64,000 bases of DNA from Terriglobia bacterium (GCA_963664115.2 CAXWPJ010000004.1:96001-160000); one strand, 5' to 3'. Positions 49,145-59,363 are shown, numbered from the stretch's first letter. Numbers and translations: made by a program. Notes: generated from the sequence alone by a model not told the origin.

Positions 49145-50176
49145 TCACTCATCACTTGTCACATCTTCCGTTTCCTTCCGGGGCCAGAGTAGCGACGCGA
49201 TTGTGGACAGGGCCAGAACGCCGGCGATGAATCCCAGCGACACGCCGATTGGGAAGTGACCGTCATAGAGATCGTTCAACCAAACCATCTTCAGACCGAC
49301 AAAGACCAGAACGACGGCCAGGCCATACTTGAGAAGGTGGAACTTGTCGAGCGCGCCGGCGAGTAGAAAATAGATGGAGCGCAGCCCGAGGATGGCCGAC
49401 AGATTCGAGGTGAAGACGATCAGCGGCTCACTAGAAATTGCAAAAACGGCCGGCACCGAATCCACAGCAAAGACAATGTCGGTCGCTTCCAGAAAAATGA
49501 GCGCAACCACAAGGGGCGTCCCGTACAGGACACCATCCAAGCGTACGAAGAATTTTTGACCATGGAAAGACGGCGTGACCGGCACAAAGCGGCGGAAGAT
49601 CCGTATGAGTGTGTTCTTCTCAGGCTCGACTTTCCCTTCCGGAGCGTACGCAAGACGAATTCCCGTAAAAATCAGGAAGACCCCGAACAGATATACGATG
49701 GACTGGTACTGCATCAGGACTGACCCAGCCACGATAAATGAGCTGCGGAAGATAAAGGCGCCCATGATGCCGTAGAACAGGACGCGATGCTGGTAGCGGG
49801 CCGGTATACCGAAGTACTTGAAGACGACGACGAAAACGAAGATGTTGTCGACCGACAAGGATTCCTCGACAACATAACCTGTCAGAAACTCCAGAGCCAC
49901 GCGCCAGGCTTCAGCGCCGGGGTCGAAACCAGGAATCGCCAGAAGGCGAGCATCCATTCCAAACTTCCACAGCGAGAACTGGTACAGCCCGAAGTTGAAC
50001 AACAGGGCAAGTGAAACCCATATGGAAACCCATACTCCAGCCTCCTTCATCGACACTACATGGGCTTCCTTGTGAAAGATCCCCAGGTCGATCAAAAGGA
50101 CCAGGACGACACCCACCATGAAGGCCAGGTATAGCGACCAGTACTCGGCCACCGGAAAGAGTTGAACGTTTGACAT
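49145..50176 (-). CDS. terC: TerC/Alx family membrane protein (Mn2+ homeostasis)
   Basis: EF.TGY.VE.SLSVDNIFVF, QHRVL.YG..GA, E.TD..FAVDS.PA, SN..AILGLR; preceded by a yybP-ykoY riboswitch. Confidence 0.9.
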   Translation of the reverse strand: MSNVQLFPVAEYWSLYLAFMVGVVLVLLIDLGIFHKEAHVVSMKEAGVWVSIWVSLALLFNFGLYQFSLWKFGMDARLLAIPGFDPGAEAWRVALEFLTGYVVEESLSVDNIFVFVVVFKYFGIPARYQHRVLFYGIMGAFIFRSSFIVAGSVLMQYQSIVYLFGVFLIFTGIRLAYAPEGKVEPEKNTLIRIFRRFVPVTPSFHGQKFFVRLDGVLYGTPLVVALIFLEATDIVFAVDSVPAVFAISSEPLIVFTSNLSAILGLRSIYFLLAGALDKFHLLKYGLAVVLVFVGLKMVWLNDLYDGHFPIGVSLGFIAGVLALSTIASLLWPRKETEDVTSDE

Positions 50177-50213
50177 AAGCTCGGAATCTCACTTCAAGGA
50201 GAGACGTTCCTCC

Positions 50214-50252
50214 AAAAAAAAAGACCCTCCGCGGCATCTCCGCAGAAGGTCT
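50214..50252 (-). terminator. Intrinsic terminator of the riboswitch expression platform
   Basis: Minus strand AGACCTTCTGCGG-AGATG-CCGCGGAGGGTCT followed by a U-tract. Confidence 0.85.
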
Positions 50253-50368
50253 TGCTCCGGGACATCTCCCCGCCGGTGGACCGGATCGTTTTGAGAACGA
50301 CCGTGTTGACGATCTACCGGACCGATCCGCCTTACAACGTCGCGAGTCGGCGACCTACTCCCCTTCAG
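50246..50368 (-). ncRNA. yybP-ykoY (Mn2+) riboswitch
   Basis: Minus strand GAAGGGGAGTAG...CGTCAACAC...GAGCAAGACCTT hallmark motifs, upstream of terC; 3' strand overlaps the terminator. Confidence 0.9.
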
Positions 50369-50500
50369 TCGTCTTCACCGTACACGAGAGACACCGTTCG
50401 GATCAAATCCATTCTGGAAACCGGCCGAGCGCGGTCCGAATGCAGTCGCGATCACAATCCGGTATAATTCGCTTCTCGAACAGAATTGCCAGGATTATCC

Positions 50501-51478
50501 ATGTCGACAACACAAACAGCCGCCGACGTTCGTCATAACTGGACACGCCCGGAAATTGCAGCCATATACGGGCAACCCTTACTGGATCTCATCGGCCAGG
50601 CGCACCAGGTTCACCTGCGATACCACAATCCCCGGGACGTCCAGCTCTGCAAGTTGATTTCGATCAAGACCGGAGGGTGTCCGGAAGACTGTGCATATTG
50701 CCCCCAAAGCGCACACTACGAAACGGACGTCGAGGGCCAGGCATTGCTTGATGTGGACCACGTGATCCAGGCAGCGCGCGAGGCGAAAAAGGAAGGTGTA
50801 CAGCGCTTTTGCATGGGAGCCGCCTGGCGGGAAATCAAAGACGGTCCGGAGTTTGAAAACGTCCTCGCAATGGTACGTGGGGTTGCTCAGACCGGACTGG
50901 AGGTGTGTTGCACGCTGGGCATGCTCAGCGAATCGCAGGCGAGCAGACTTGCCGATGCGGGACTCCATGCCTACAATCACAACCTCGATACGTCTCCCGA
51001 GTATTACGAAAAAATCATCACAACCCGAAGCTACCAGGATAGGCTCGATACGCTGGCCGCGGTACGCAAGGCCGGCGTTACGGTTTGCTCAGGCGGCATC
51101 GTCGGTATGGGAGAAACGGACGAAGATCGCGTGGGCCTGCTGCACCAACTCGCCGGCCTCGATCCACACCCGGAGAGTGTTCCCGTCAACGTGCTGGTGC
51201 AGGTCGAAGGAACACCACTCACACCCACCGAATCGATCGATCCCTTCGTTCTGGTCCGGACGATCGCCACAGCACGCATCCTGATGCCCCGATCCCGGGT
51301 TCGATTGAGTGCTGGACGACGATCTCTCAACAGGGAATGCGTCACGCTCTGCTTCCTGGCCGGTGCCAATTCGATCTTCGTGGGTGATCGACTGCTCACG
51401 ACTCCAAACCCCGATCGCTCTGAAGACGCGCAGCTGCTTGAAGACCTGGATCTCATTTCAACGGGTCATGACGCGTAA
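50501..51478 (+). CDS. bioB: Biotin synthase
   Basis: [13 protein letters not shown] (CxxxCxxC), [29 protein letters not shown]. Confidence 0.96.
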   Translation: MSTTQTAADVRHNWTRPEIAAIYGQPLLDLIGQAHQVHLRYHNPRDVQLCKLISIKTGGCPEDCAYCPQSAHYETDVEGQALLDVDHVIQAAREAKKEGVQRFCMGAAWREIKDGPEFENVLAMVRGVAQTGLEVCCTLGMLSESQASRLADAGLHAYNHNLDTSPEYYEKIITTRSYQDRLDTLAAVRKAGVTVCSGGIVGMGETDEDRVGLLHQLAGLDPHPESVPVNVLVQVEGTPLTPTESIDPFVLVRTIATARILMPRSRVRLSAGRRSLNRECVTLCFLAGANSIFVGDRLLTTPNPDRSEDAQLLEDLDLISTGHDA

Positions 51479-52634
51479 GTTAGCAGAACGAAAGACACTC
51501 CATCGACTCGAAGCAGAGCTGACGTCGCTACGGTCACACTACCTTTACCGCTACCCGGAAGTCGGGAGTGGATTCCAATTTTCTTCGAACGACTATCTGG
51601 GTCTCTCCCGTCACCCGGCGATGGCCGCCGCCGTCCAATCCGCCGTCGAAGCTTCGGACCGCGTTGCCTCAACCGGATCGCGTCTGCTTTCCGGCCACGT
51701 GGGAGCATGGGAAAAGCTCGAAGAAGGATTCAGCCAATACGTTGGGGTCGAAGCCGCGCTGTTTTTCAATTCCGGCTATGCGGCCAACATCGGACTGCTC
51801 ACGGCGATAGTGCGCGCCGAGGACACCGTCTTCTCCGATGCAGCGAATCACGCCAGCCTGATTGATGGCATCCGATTGGCCGGTTGCCGGAAGGTCATCT
51901 TTCCTCACCTCGATCTGGATTTCCTCGAAGACGCTCTCCGCAGCAACGACAGCCGTGGCGACGAGCGTTTCATTGTTGTCGAGAGCATATTCAGCATGGA
52001 TGGCGATCGCGCGCCTATCGATCAGCTTGTCAGCCTGGCCGAAAAGTATGACGCGGGTTTGATCGTTGACGAAGCACACGCGACGGGTGTTGTGGGTCCC
52101 GACGGACGCGGCCTCATCGCTCTGTCCGATCGGTCCGACGCGATCATCGCCAGCATTCACACCTGCGGAAAGGCGCTGGCCGCTTCAGGAGCTTTCGTCG
52201 CCGGATCAAGGACACTAAAAGAGTATCTGACCAACAACGCACGTCCTTTCATATACACGACTGGTCTGCCGCCATATATGGCTGCTCAAGTCGGGGCTGG
52301 AATCAAACTCGGAGCTGCCGCCCAAGACGCGCGTGCCCGGCTCAGCGCGATGTCAGAAAGCTTGCGCGAGGGTCTCAAAAACGCCGGTTTCGACTCGGGG
52401 AATAGCAATACTCAAATTGTCCCGGTTCTGCTCGGAAGCAATGAGAGAGCGCTCGACACGGCCCAACGGATGCGGGACGAAGGCTTCGAGGTGCGGGCCA
52501 TCCGCACGCCTTCGGTTGCTGAAGGCACCGCACGGCTGCGACTGTCCGTTACCGCCGACCTCCCGCCGGATGCCATCGATGGCCTGGTGGATGCGATGAC
52601 GCGTTGTCGACGTGATAGTGATCGAATCCGGTGA
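51468..52634 (+). CDS. bioF: 8-amino-7-oxononanoate synthase
   Basis: [38 protein letters not shown]. Confidence 0.93.
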   Translation: MTRKLAERKTLHRLEAELTSLRSHYLYRYPEVGSGFQFSSNDYLGLSRHPAMAAAVQSAVEASDRVASTGSRLLSGHVGAWEKLEEGFSQYVGVEAALFFNSGYAANIGLLTAIVRAEDTVFSDAANHASLIDGIRLAGCRKVIFPHLDLDFLEDALRSNDSRGDERFIVVESIFSMDGDRAPIDQLVSLAEKYDAGLIVDEAHATGVVGPDGRGLIALSDRSDAIIASIHTCGKALAASGAFVAGSRTLKEYLTNNARPFIYTTGLPPYMAAQVGAGIKLGAAAQDARARLSAMSESLREGLKNAGFDSGNSNTQIVPVLLGSNERALDTAQRMRDEGFEVRAIRTPSVAEGTARLRLSVTADLPPDAIDGLVDAMTRCRRDSDRIR

Positions 52635-53266
52635 GAGACTTGTTCGTAACCGGAACCGACACCGGGATCGGCAAGACCGTTCTCTCGGCAACGCTCGCCA
52701 CTGGCCTCGACGCGGCCTACTGGAAGCCGATTCAGACGGGCCGGCTAGGAGGAGACGAAGAAACCGATCGCGAATCCGTGGTTCGCTGGGCAGGCCTTGA
52801 CGAAGGAGACGCTCCGGTGGAAGCGTTTGTATTCGATCCACCTGTTTCGCCGCACCTGGCTGCGCAGAACGCCGGCGTCAGGATAGCCCTGTCCGCGTTA
52901 CGGAAGCCCGAAGTTACCAAGCGGCTGATCATCGAAGGCGCGGGTGGTGTGCTCGTACCGATCAATGAGAAGGACCTGATGCTCGACCTGATCGGGCAAG
53001 TCGATGCCGATGTCGTGGTCGCGAGCCATACGGGACTGGGTACAATCAACCACACCCTCCTTACAGTCAACACCGTCCGCCATGCAAATCTGAATCTGGT
53101 CGGAGTCGTCATGATCGGTGAGGAAAACGTCGAAAACAGGAAAGCCATCGAACATTACGGCGACGTTGCCGTAGTCGGGTGGATACCAATCCTGGGGACA
53201 ATCGATCGGACTACTCTGCACAGTGCGTTTCGGAACCACTTCGACCGGGCGGCCTTCAATGGATAA
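52631..53266 (+). CDS. bioD: Dethiobiotin synthase
   Basis: FVTGTDTGIGKT, WKP.QTG, EGAGG, LGTINHT. Confidence 0.95.
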   Translation: MRDLFVTGTDTGIGKTVLSATLATGLDAAYWKPIQTGRLGGDEETDRESVVRWAGLDEGDAPVEAFVFDPPVSPHLAAQNAGVRIALSALRKPEVTKRLIIEGAGGVLVPINEKDLMLDLIGQVDADVVVASHTGLGTINHTLLTVNTVRHANLNLVGVVMIGEENVENRKAIEHYGDVAVVGWIPILGTIDRTTLHSAFRNHFDRAAFNG

Positions 53267-54563
53267 ACCACTCCACATCTGGCACCCGTACACGCAGGAA
53301 TCGCTCGATCCAGAGCCTATCCGCATTAAGAGAGCCGAGGGTGTGTATCTGTACACCGAAGACGGCCGGCGGCTTCTGGACGGGATTTCCTCCTGGTGGG
53401 TCAACACTCACGGGCATGCGCATCCACGTATCAGCGCGGCGATCGCGAAACAGGCCCGGGAACTGGAACATGTCATCTTCGCCGGATTTACACACGAACC
53501 CGCCGAACGGCTCGCCTGCAAACTCCGGAGCGTAACGCCTGAAGGCTTGTCTCACATTTTCTTCTCTGATAACGGATCCACCGCGGTCGAGGTAGCGTTA
53601 AAAATGGCCGTCCAATACTGGAAAAACCGCGGCGCAGGCCAACGAAAGAACATCATTGCTCTCGAACATTCCTATCATGGCGACACGGTCGGCGCGATGT
53701 CGGTCAGCGCGGAATCACCCTTCACTGAAGCGTTTAACCACATGTGCTTTGAAGTCCAACATGCACATTCGGCTTATTGCTACCGGTGCCCGGTGGGACT
53801 CAAACGGGAAAGTTGTTCGATCGAATGTGTGGCATCGATACAAACACTGTTGGAACAGCAGGCAAGCACCGTCGCCGCTGTCATCGTCGAACCCCTCCTC
53901 CAGGGCGCGGGCGGTATGATCATGCATCCTCCCGAATTCCTGGAACGGATTGGCCAGTTGTGCCGCGAACACGGCGTCCTGTTGATCGCCGACGAAGTGT
54001 TAACCGGTTTCGGAAGAACAGGTGCGATGTTCGCCTCCGAACTCGCCGGGGTGACGCCCGACATCATGTGCCTCTCGAAGGGATTGACGGGTGGGTATCT
54101 CCCGTTTTCGGCAACGCTCTGTTCTGAGGAGGTGTACGCGGCCTTTCTCGCCACAGACCGCATGCGTACGTTCTTTCATGGCCACTCCTACGCCGGCAAC
54201 CCCCTGGGTTGCGCGGCAGCTCTGGCGAACCTCGAGATCTTTGAATCCGAGCCCGTCTTCGAACGGATCCGAACCATCGAACGTATTCACCGGGAACGAC
54301 TCCCCTTGTTGGGGGAAAGTCCCCTCGTCGGTGACACGCGCATGATCGGCACCGTCGCCGCACTCGAGTTGGAAACGGATGATCCGGGTTATCTGTCCGA
54401 CGTCCGACCTGTGCTTTACGACTTTTTCATAAACCACGGTGTCCTGCTGCGGCCTCTCGGAAACATCATCTATATCCTGCCGCCCTACGTCATACAGCCC
54501 GACGAATTGCACTTCATCTACGATGTAGTCGCCGAAGCGCTCGAACACATTTCCAACCGGTAG
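53259..54563 (+). CDS. bioA: Adenosylmethionine-8-amino-7-oxononanoate aminotransferase
   Basis: IWHPYTQ, DGISSWW, DNGSTAVEVALK, IADEV.TGFGRTG, SKG.TGG, HGHSY.GNP. Confidence 0.95.
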   Translation: MDKPLHIWHPYTQESLDPEPIRIKRAEGVYLYTEDGRRLLDGISSWWVNTHGHAHPRISAAIAKQARELEHVIFAGFTHEPAERLACKLRSVTPEGLSHIFFSDNGSTAVEVALKMAVQYWKNRGAGQRKNIIALEHSYHGDTVGAMSVSAESPFTEAFNHMCFEVQHAHSAYCYRCPVGLKRESCSIECVASIQTLLEQQASTVAAVIVEPLLQGAGGMIMHPPEFLERIGQLCREHGVLLIADEVLTGFGRTGAMFASELAGVTPDIMCLSKGLTGGYLPFSATLCSEEVYAAFLATDRMRTFFHGHSYAGNPLGCAAALANLEIFESEPVFERIRTIERIHRERLPLLGESPLVGDTRMIGTVAALELETDDPGYLSDVRPVLYDFFINHGVLLRPLGNIIYILPPYVIQPDELHFIYDVVAEALEHISNR

Positions 54564-54796
54564 TTTAGAAGTCCTGAGCCGGCACAATCCCGGATTTTCC
54601 GTGAAGACAACCACTCTCTGATACAGTTGCCTGAACAGGCAGCCTCTTTGCGATTTCGATGAGCATAACGACCTGGTACGTCGCGCTTCCCCGTCCCGAT
54701 CACCGGGTGCGCTTCGTGTCCGGGTTATATGAAAAACTTCCACCCGAAGACACGAGTGTCTTTACAATATAAACTTCAATCTTCAACTCCCTCGAG

Positions 54797-55600
54797 GTGA
54801 ACTTGATGTTCAAACGATCGGCCTTGATGCTCATTCTGGTTTTTGTCCTGGGGCCGCCTAAGGCCGTGTCCCAGGACACGTCCAGAACGATATACCGTTC
54901 CGGTTTCAATGGACCCTGTAGTTCGAGCATCCGGTTGACGGAGTCTCCTCCCGCGCGATTCTGGTGCCGGGTTCCCAATGGACGGGCCATTCGTATTCCG
55001 ATGGAACCGGTGAATGTTGAAGCGCTTACGGGGGTTCGTGTCTGCACGCTTGAGGCGCTGACGCGGCGGGAAGACGAGGCGCCCTGCGGTTTTCCAGGGG
55101 CAATGCTTCTCTGGGAGGGCAAACCGAGGGCAGACATCGAAATCTCCCACGCCGGGTCTTCCTTCGGAGATCCACCGACCGAGCCTGAAGAGATATTCGT
55201 AGCCGTGCAGCTGGAATGGGACGGCGTCTTTCCTGACGACGGCAATTTCTTTTCCCTTGAATACGGAGACGATTCACGGGCGCTGAGAGCAATCACAGTT
55301 CGACTGGCGGGCGAACCGAGCGCAGCCACCCTCACCCCCGAGAACACCCGCATACGCATCGGGGCATCGGGATCCATCAAGTTGCTCAATGCACGGAAGT
55401 CCCAAAACGCGACGTGGTTTCCTGACGGCGAAGCGATGCTTGTGGGTGGTGACCGGACCTACTATCTCAGGCTCGGCCGGGAATCATCAGTTCCGGAAGG
55501 CGAGTACGAGTTCTTCACGAACGGATATCTCCCCGAAGTCACCAATCCTTCTGCAGCGGGTTTTCTTGAAGTCGAGGCAGAATACGAAACCGGCCCGTGA
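54797..55600 (+). CDS. Secreted hypothetical protein
   Basis: Signal-peptide-like N-terminus, 4 Cys; no recognised family. Confidence 0.5.
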   Translation: MNLMFKRSALMLILVFVLGPPKAVSQDTSRTIYRSGFNGPCSSSIRLTESPPARFWCRVPNGRAIRIPMEPVNVEALTGVRVCTLEALTRREDEAPCGFPGAMLLWEGKPRADIEISHAGSSFGDPPTEPEEIFVAVQLEWDGVFPDDGNFFSLEYGDDSRALRAITVRLAGEPSAATLTPENTRIRIGASGSIKLLNARKSQNATWFPDGEAMLVGGDRTYYLRLGRESSVPEGEYEFFTNGYLPEVTNPSAAGFLEVEAEYETGP

Positions 55601-55606
55601 TCCGGA

Positions 55607-56410
55607 TCAGTTGCCTATGCCGAGACTCGGATCACGAATTCTGCGATTGTATTCATCCAGTTCGTTCATCGGCGCGCAAATCGCCTCCGTGACGCCTGAA
55701 AACAAGCCTGTCCAGCCGAAAAAGCTCACGTCCTGGGGTCGCATGCGGGTGAAGATGGTGGGCTCTTGCACCCAGGGCGCGGTGTAATTCTTGGGGTCAT
55801 TGACAACCACTCGACCCTCTATCGTGTTGACGCCGGTCCGTGTGTACCGCTCTTCTATCAGGGCATCGAAACCCGTTGGATTGGCAAATTCGTCGATCCA
55901 CGCTCTTTCGTCGAGACCTGTTGTCTGGACGACTAGCGTGTCGCCCTCCCACGCGGCAACCGAGTGTCCGTACCAGGTCGGCCCCAGGTTATCGAGGTTC
56001 TCCCCCGAGGGCAGTTCCCGCCCATCCATCCAGAGCTCGCGTAGCGTTCGCTCCCACTGGAAGTGTTGGATCACCCTGTCTGCGGTGTGAATGAATTCTA
56101 TGGGTTCATTCTCCTCCCAAACGAGCCTGGGAAAACCCTGAGGATTGCACATGTACATGGGGTCGTTGCTTTCGTTGGGCAGAGTGGTGAGATAGTCGGG
56201 AACACGCCCTTCCATCATTGCAACGCCAGCCGGCGTCAGAGGAGGTGGGTCGTTGTTTCGAGGAGTATCCCCCATCCAGTAGCCGGATAGATCACGCGGA
56301 TCAAACTCCCCCGACTGTTGCTCGCCCAACGACGGGTGAGCCAGCCCAAAGGCTGCCAGCGCAATGACGAACACCGATGTCCACACGGACACCATCGACC
56401 GATTTCGCAT
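55607..56410 (-). CDS. Conserved secreted hypothetical, DUF6152-partner family
   Basis: RDLSG.W, CNPQGFPR, RELWMDGR, GHSV..WEGDTLVV.T.G, EERY.R, DP, EAIC. Confidence 0.75.
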   Translation of the reverse strand: MRNRSMVSVWTSVFVIALAAFGLAHPSLGEQQSGEFDPRDLSGYWMGDTPRNNDPPPLTPAGVAMMEGRVPDYLTTLPNESNDPMYMCNPQGFPRLVWEENEPIEFIHTADRVIQHFQWERTLRELWMDGRELPSGENLDNLGPTWYGHSVAAWEGDTLVVQTTGLDERAWIDEFANPTGFDALIEERYTRTGVNTIEGRVVVNDPKNYTAPWVQEPTIFTRMRPQDVSFFGWTGLFSGVTEAICAPMNELDEYNRRIRDPSLGIGN

Positions 56411-56487
56411 CTCCTAAACTCCTTAGCTATGTATTAGGTCTGAAGTCCCCGAACTGGTTCTGTGCGTCCTGTGCACAGAATACCCGG

Positions 56488-56898
56488 TTAATCGATGGTG
56501 TTGGCGTTGCCCCGTGAATTCACAATTGTGCCATCCGAAAGCGTGACATTCCTGAGAATGCCGACCGGGGCACCCGAACGCGCGGGATTGTAGGTAACAC
56601 TAACCTCCTGACCGGGCTTAAAAATATTTCTGCTCCAGCCTTGCCGGGACATCGTGCTCACGTTGCTGCTCTCGAAACCCCAGCCGACGACCTTACCGTC
56701 CGCGTCAACCGAGTCCAGAAAAAGCGTCACATGAGGGTTACGCCACGAGAATTCCGTCACCGTCCCATCGACCGACAACTCCTGATCCCCATCGTAGGTC
56801 TGGCCTCGGCCGTGGTGTGCGGACAGCGTTCCAACAGCGAGTGACAGGCCCACGAGGGCGACGGCGGCGCAGAACAGTCCAATCCGATAGTCTTTCAT
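56488..56898 (-). CDS. DUF6152 family secreted protein (copy 4)
   Basis: LSA-HHG, GTV.EF.W.NPH, W.FE, GW....KPG; AGGAGG RBS. Confidence 0.82.
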   Translation of the reverse strand: MKDYRIGLFCAAVALVGLSLAVGTLSAHHGRGQTYDGDQELSVDGTVTEFSWRNPHVTLFLDSVDADGKVVGWGFESSNVSTMSRQGWSRNIFKPGQEVSVTYNPARSGAPVGILRNVTLSDGTIVNSRGNANTID

Positions 56899-57125
56899 CG
56901 ATCCTCCTGATTACTTCATAGGTGAGGGTCCGAACGATACCCGTAAGTTCCTTGAGCAAAAGAGCTTTTGGGCGTCCAACGCATGAGTGGACTCCTCAAT
57001 TTTGTCCGATCGTAGACCGCGTCGAGTAGGGTGTCAACCCCTTTCGCTGAGGTCTCTGACCCTGTGTAATCAAACTGATGTCCTAAAGAGCGAAGAGACC
57101 CGCTTCCCTGTGGCTTCGACAGGAC

Positions 57126-58510
57126 GAGTTATAACCGAATCTGGTGTTTGAGGGATTGAATAAGAGCGGCGTATCTGGTTGATTTGTTGTGACAAAACTT
57201 CAAAGCAACCATAGGAGATACGCCACTGTGAGCAAGAGTAACGTGAATGGACCGGAAGGTCGAGAAACGATTGAGGATCCAGTAACAGAACTACTACGAG
57301 TTGGGGCACAGCAACTGATCCAACGCGCAGTGGAAGCCGAATTGGCAGAGCTGCTATCCCAGCACGGTGGCCGGCGAACTGAGACAGGAAACGCCGGGGT
57401 GGTACGCAACGGTTATCTGCCGGAACGCGAACTGCAGACGGGATTGGGTCCGGTAACAGTCCAAATCCCGAAGGTCCGTGCCAAGACGGGCGAAGCTGTG
57501 ACGTTCCGATCGGCCCTGGTACCACCGTACATTCGGAAGACGAAGTCGCTGGAAGCAGCGGTGCCGTGGTTGTATTTGAAAGGCGTTTCCAGCGGCGAGA
57601 TGGGTGAGGCCCTAAAAGTTCTTGTCGGTCCCCAGGCGCAGGGTCTGTCGGCGAGCACGGTATCGCGGTTGAAACAGGTTTGGGGCGAACAGTACCGCCT
57701 CGGATGCGAGGAGCGTTTGGATGCAGATCGCTGGGTCTATGTCTGGGCCGACGGCATCTACAGCGGACTTCGGGCGGAACAAACCAAGTTGTGTGCATTG
57801 GTCGTGATCGGCGTGAATGAACGCGGAGAGAAGCGTTTCCTGGCGATCGAAGACGGTGTACGGGAATCGACACAGAGTTGGCGCGAGGTCTTGTTGAAGC
57901 TGAAGTCCCGTGGGATGAATGTTCCGAAGTTGGCCATCGGTGACGGTGCGATGGGGTTCTGGGCCGCACTGGAGGAAATCTATCCCGAGACACGTCAACA
58001 ACGTTGCTGGATGCACAAAGTCATGAACGTCCTCAACTGCCTGCCCAAGTCGGTCCAGGCGAAGGCGAAACAGGCCCTGCACTCGATCTGGCAGGCCGAG
58101 ACGAAGGCAGACGCCGAGAAGGCATTCGACTTGTTCATTGAAACCTATGAACCGAAGTATCCGAAAGCCACACTCTGCCTGCAGAAAGACAGAGAGGAAC
58201 TGCTGGCCTTTTACGACTTTCCGGCCAAGCACTGGCAGAGCATCAGAACGACGAATCCCATTGAGTCGACCTTTGCCACCATTCGACACCGAACGAAGCG
58301 ATCCAGAGGTTGCCTGACACGGGATGGCATGCTGCACATGATGTTCAAACTGGGCCAGTGCGCTGAGAACAATTGGCGACGATTACGAGGATTCGATGAT
58401 CTGAGCAAGGTAATCATCGGAGTGAAATTCAACGATGGTGTCGAAGCGACACAAGTCGATCAGGCCGCCGCTTGAATCAATCTCCTAAACACCACTTTTG
58501 ACAATAACTC
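57126..58510 (+). mobile_element. IS256-family insertion sequence, 1385 bp
   Basis: 34-bp imperfect terminal inverted repeats (25/34) at 57126-57159 and 58477-58510; 9-bp target duplication CGACAGGAC at 57117-57125 and 58511-58519. Confidence 0.92.
57228..58475 (+). CDS. IS256 family (mutator-type) transposase
   Basis: RNGY..R, YL.G.S, Y.W.DG, ES...W, GDG..G.W, QRCW.HK, RTTN.IES; GTG start after AGGAG. Confidence 0.93.
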   Translation: MSKSNVNGPEGRETIEDPVTELLRVGAQQLIQRAVEAELAELLSQHGGRRTETGNAGVVRNGYLPERELQTGLGPVTVQIPKVRAKTGEAVTFRSALVPPYIRKTKSLEAAVPWLYLKGVSSGEMGEALKVLVGPQAQGLSASTVSRLKQVWGEQYRLGCEERLDADRWVYVWADGIYSGLRAEQTKLCALVVIGVNERGEKRFLAIEDGVRESTQSWREVLLKLKSRGMNVPKLAIGDGAMGFWAALEEIYPETRQQRCWMHKVMNVLNCLPKSVQAKAKQALHSIWQAETKADAEKAFDLFIETYEPKYPKATLCLQKDREELLAFYDFPAKHWQSIRTTNPIESTFATIRHRTKRSRGCLTRDGMLHMMFKLGQCAENNWRRLRGFDDLSKVIIGVKFNDGVEATQVDQAAA

Positions 58511-58902
58511 CGACAGGACGGCGACCTGCCACTGCCACTGTTAACCCCGGCGACAGCGACGGCGTAGACCGCCGGGTTCTCGTCACCGCCCACAAACATC
58601 AACAAAGGAAAAAGGGGCCAAAGCCCGATGAGCCCGTTTCACGATACGTTTACCCAGAGATACCCGCCTGGATGCGATATGACGATTCGGGTCTATCTCT
58701 CGTTAATCGGAGCCTGGCGCTGGAGTCTAGGTAGCGTCAAAACGAGGACGTTAGGGAGCGTTTTCGTGACGGTGCTCCGTCTCTAAGGGGCCACCCGGCT
58801 TTCACTTGTACTTTATTTTCAGTCAGTCCCGGAATGGCTGGTCGCTTGCTTCTCTCCAAGCAGAAAAAGCGGGCCAAAAGATACTTTAGGGAGGATAGGA
58901 CC

Positions 58903-59345
58903 ATGAAACTCTTGCTCCCCATCACCATGCTATTTCTTGGGTTGCCTGTCTTCGCGCAGACGCGGGTCGTGATCGACAACACAACGGACCATGAAGTGGA
59001 CGTCCGCCGTGTTCACCGATTGACTGAAGAGGCCTCGCTGACTCCGGTGATCGTGAATCCACAACCATCGTTCACATCTGGCCAAAGATGGAACTCCAAT
59101 CGATCAGCGGGCGAGGGATCGCCTCGTTTTTCGTCGAACCGAACCATGTCTTCATGCAGGAGGTGGATTACCTCGCATTAGTGCAAGGGGTCCTTCTCAC
59201 GACATTTCCTGACCTGGCCCTTACTGAAATAGCCCGCGAGGGTCGTCGCATCTGGCTGGAGGACAACCTCGTGCTGCACCTTCGATGCAATGACCACCGT
59301 AGCAGCCAGCGGCTCTCGGTAGCTGCGATGACCGATCGCGTGTGA
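58903..59345 (+). pseudogene. Small secreted hypothetical, probably split by a frameshift near 59055
   Basis: GGAGG RBS and signal peptide (MKLLLPITMLFLGLPVFA-Q); overlapping second frame TTIVHIWPKMELQSI...TDRV* continues to 59345. Confidence 0.4.
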
Positions 59346-59363
59346 TTGGGAAAAACCCCGGCA

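Noticed and set aside
56458-56480. TTCTGTGC...GCACAGAA inverted repeat between DUF6152 and its partner
   Set aside because: Short 8-bp stem, no U-tract, and not present in the other module copies
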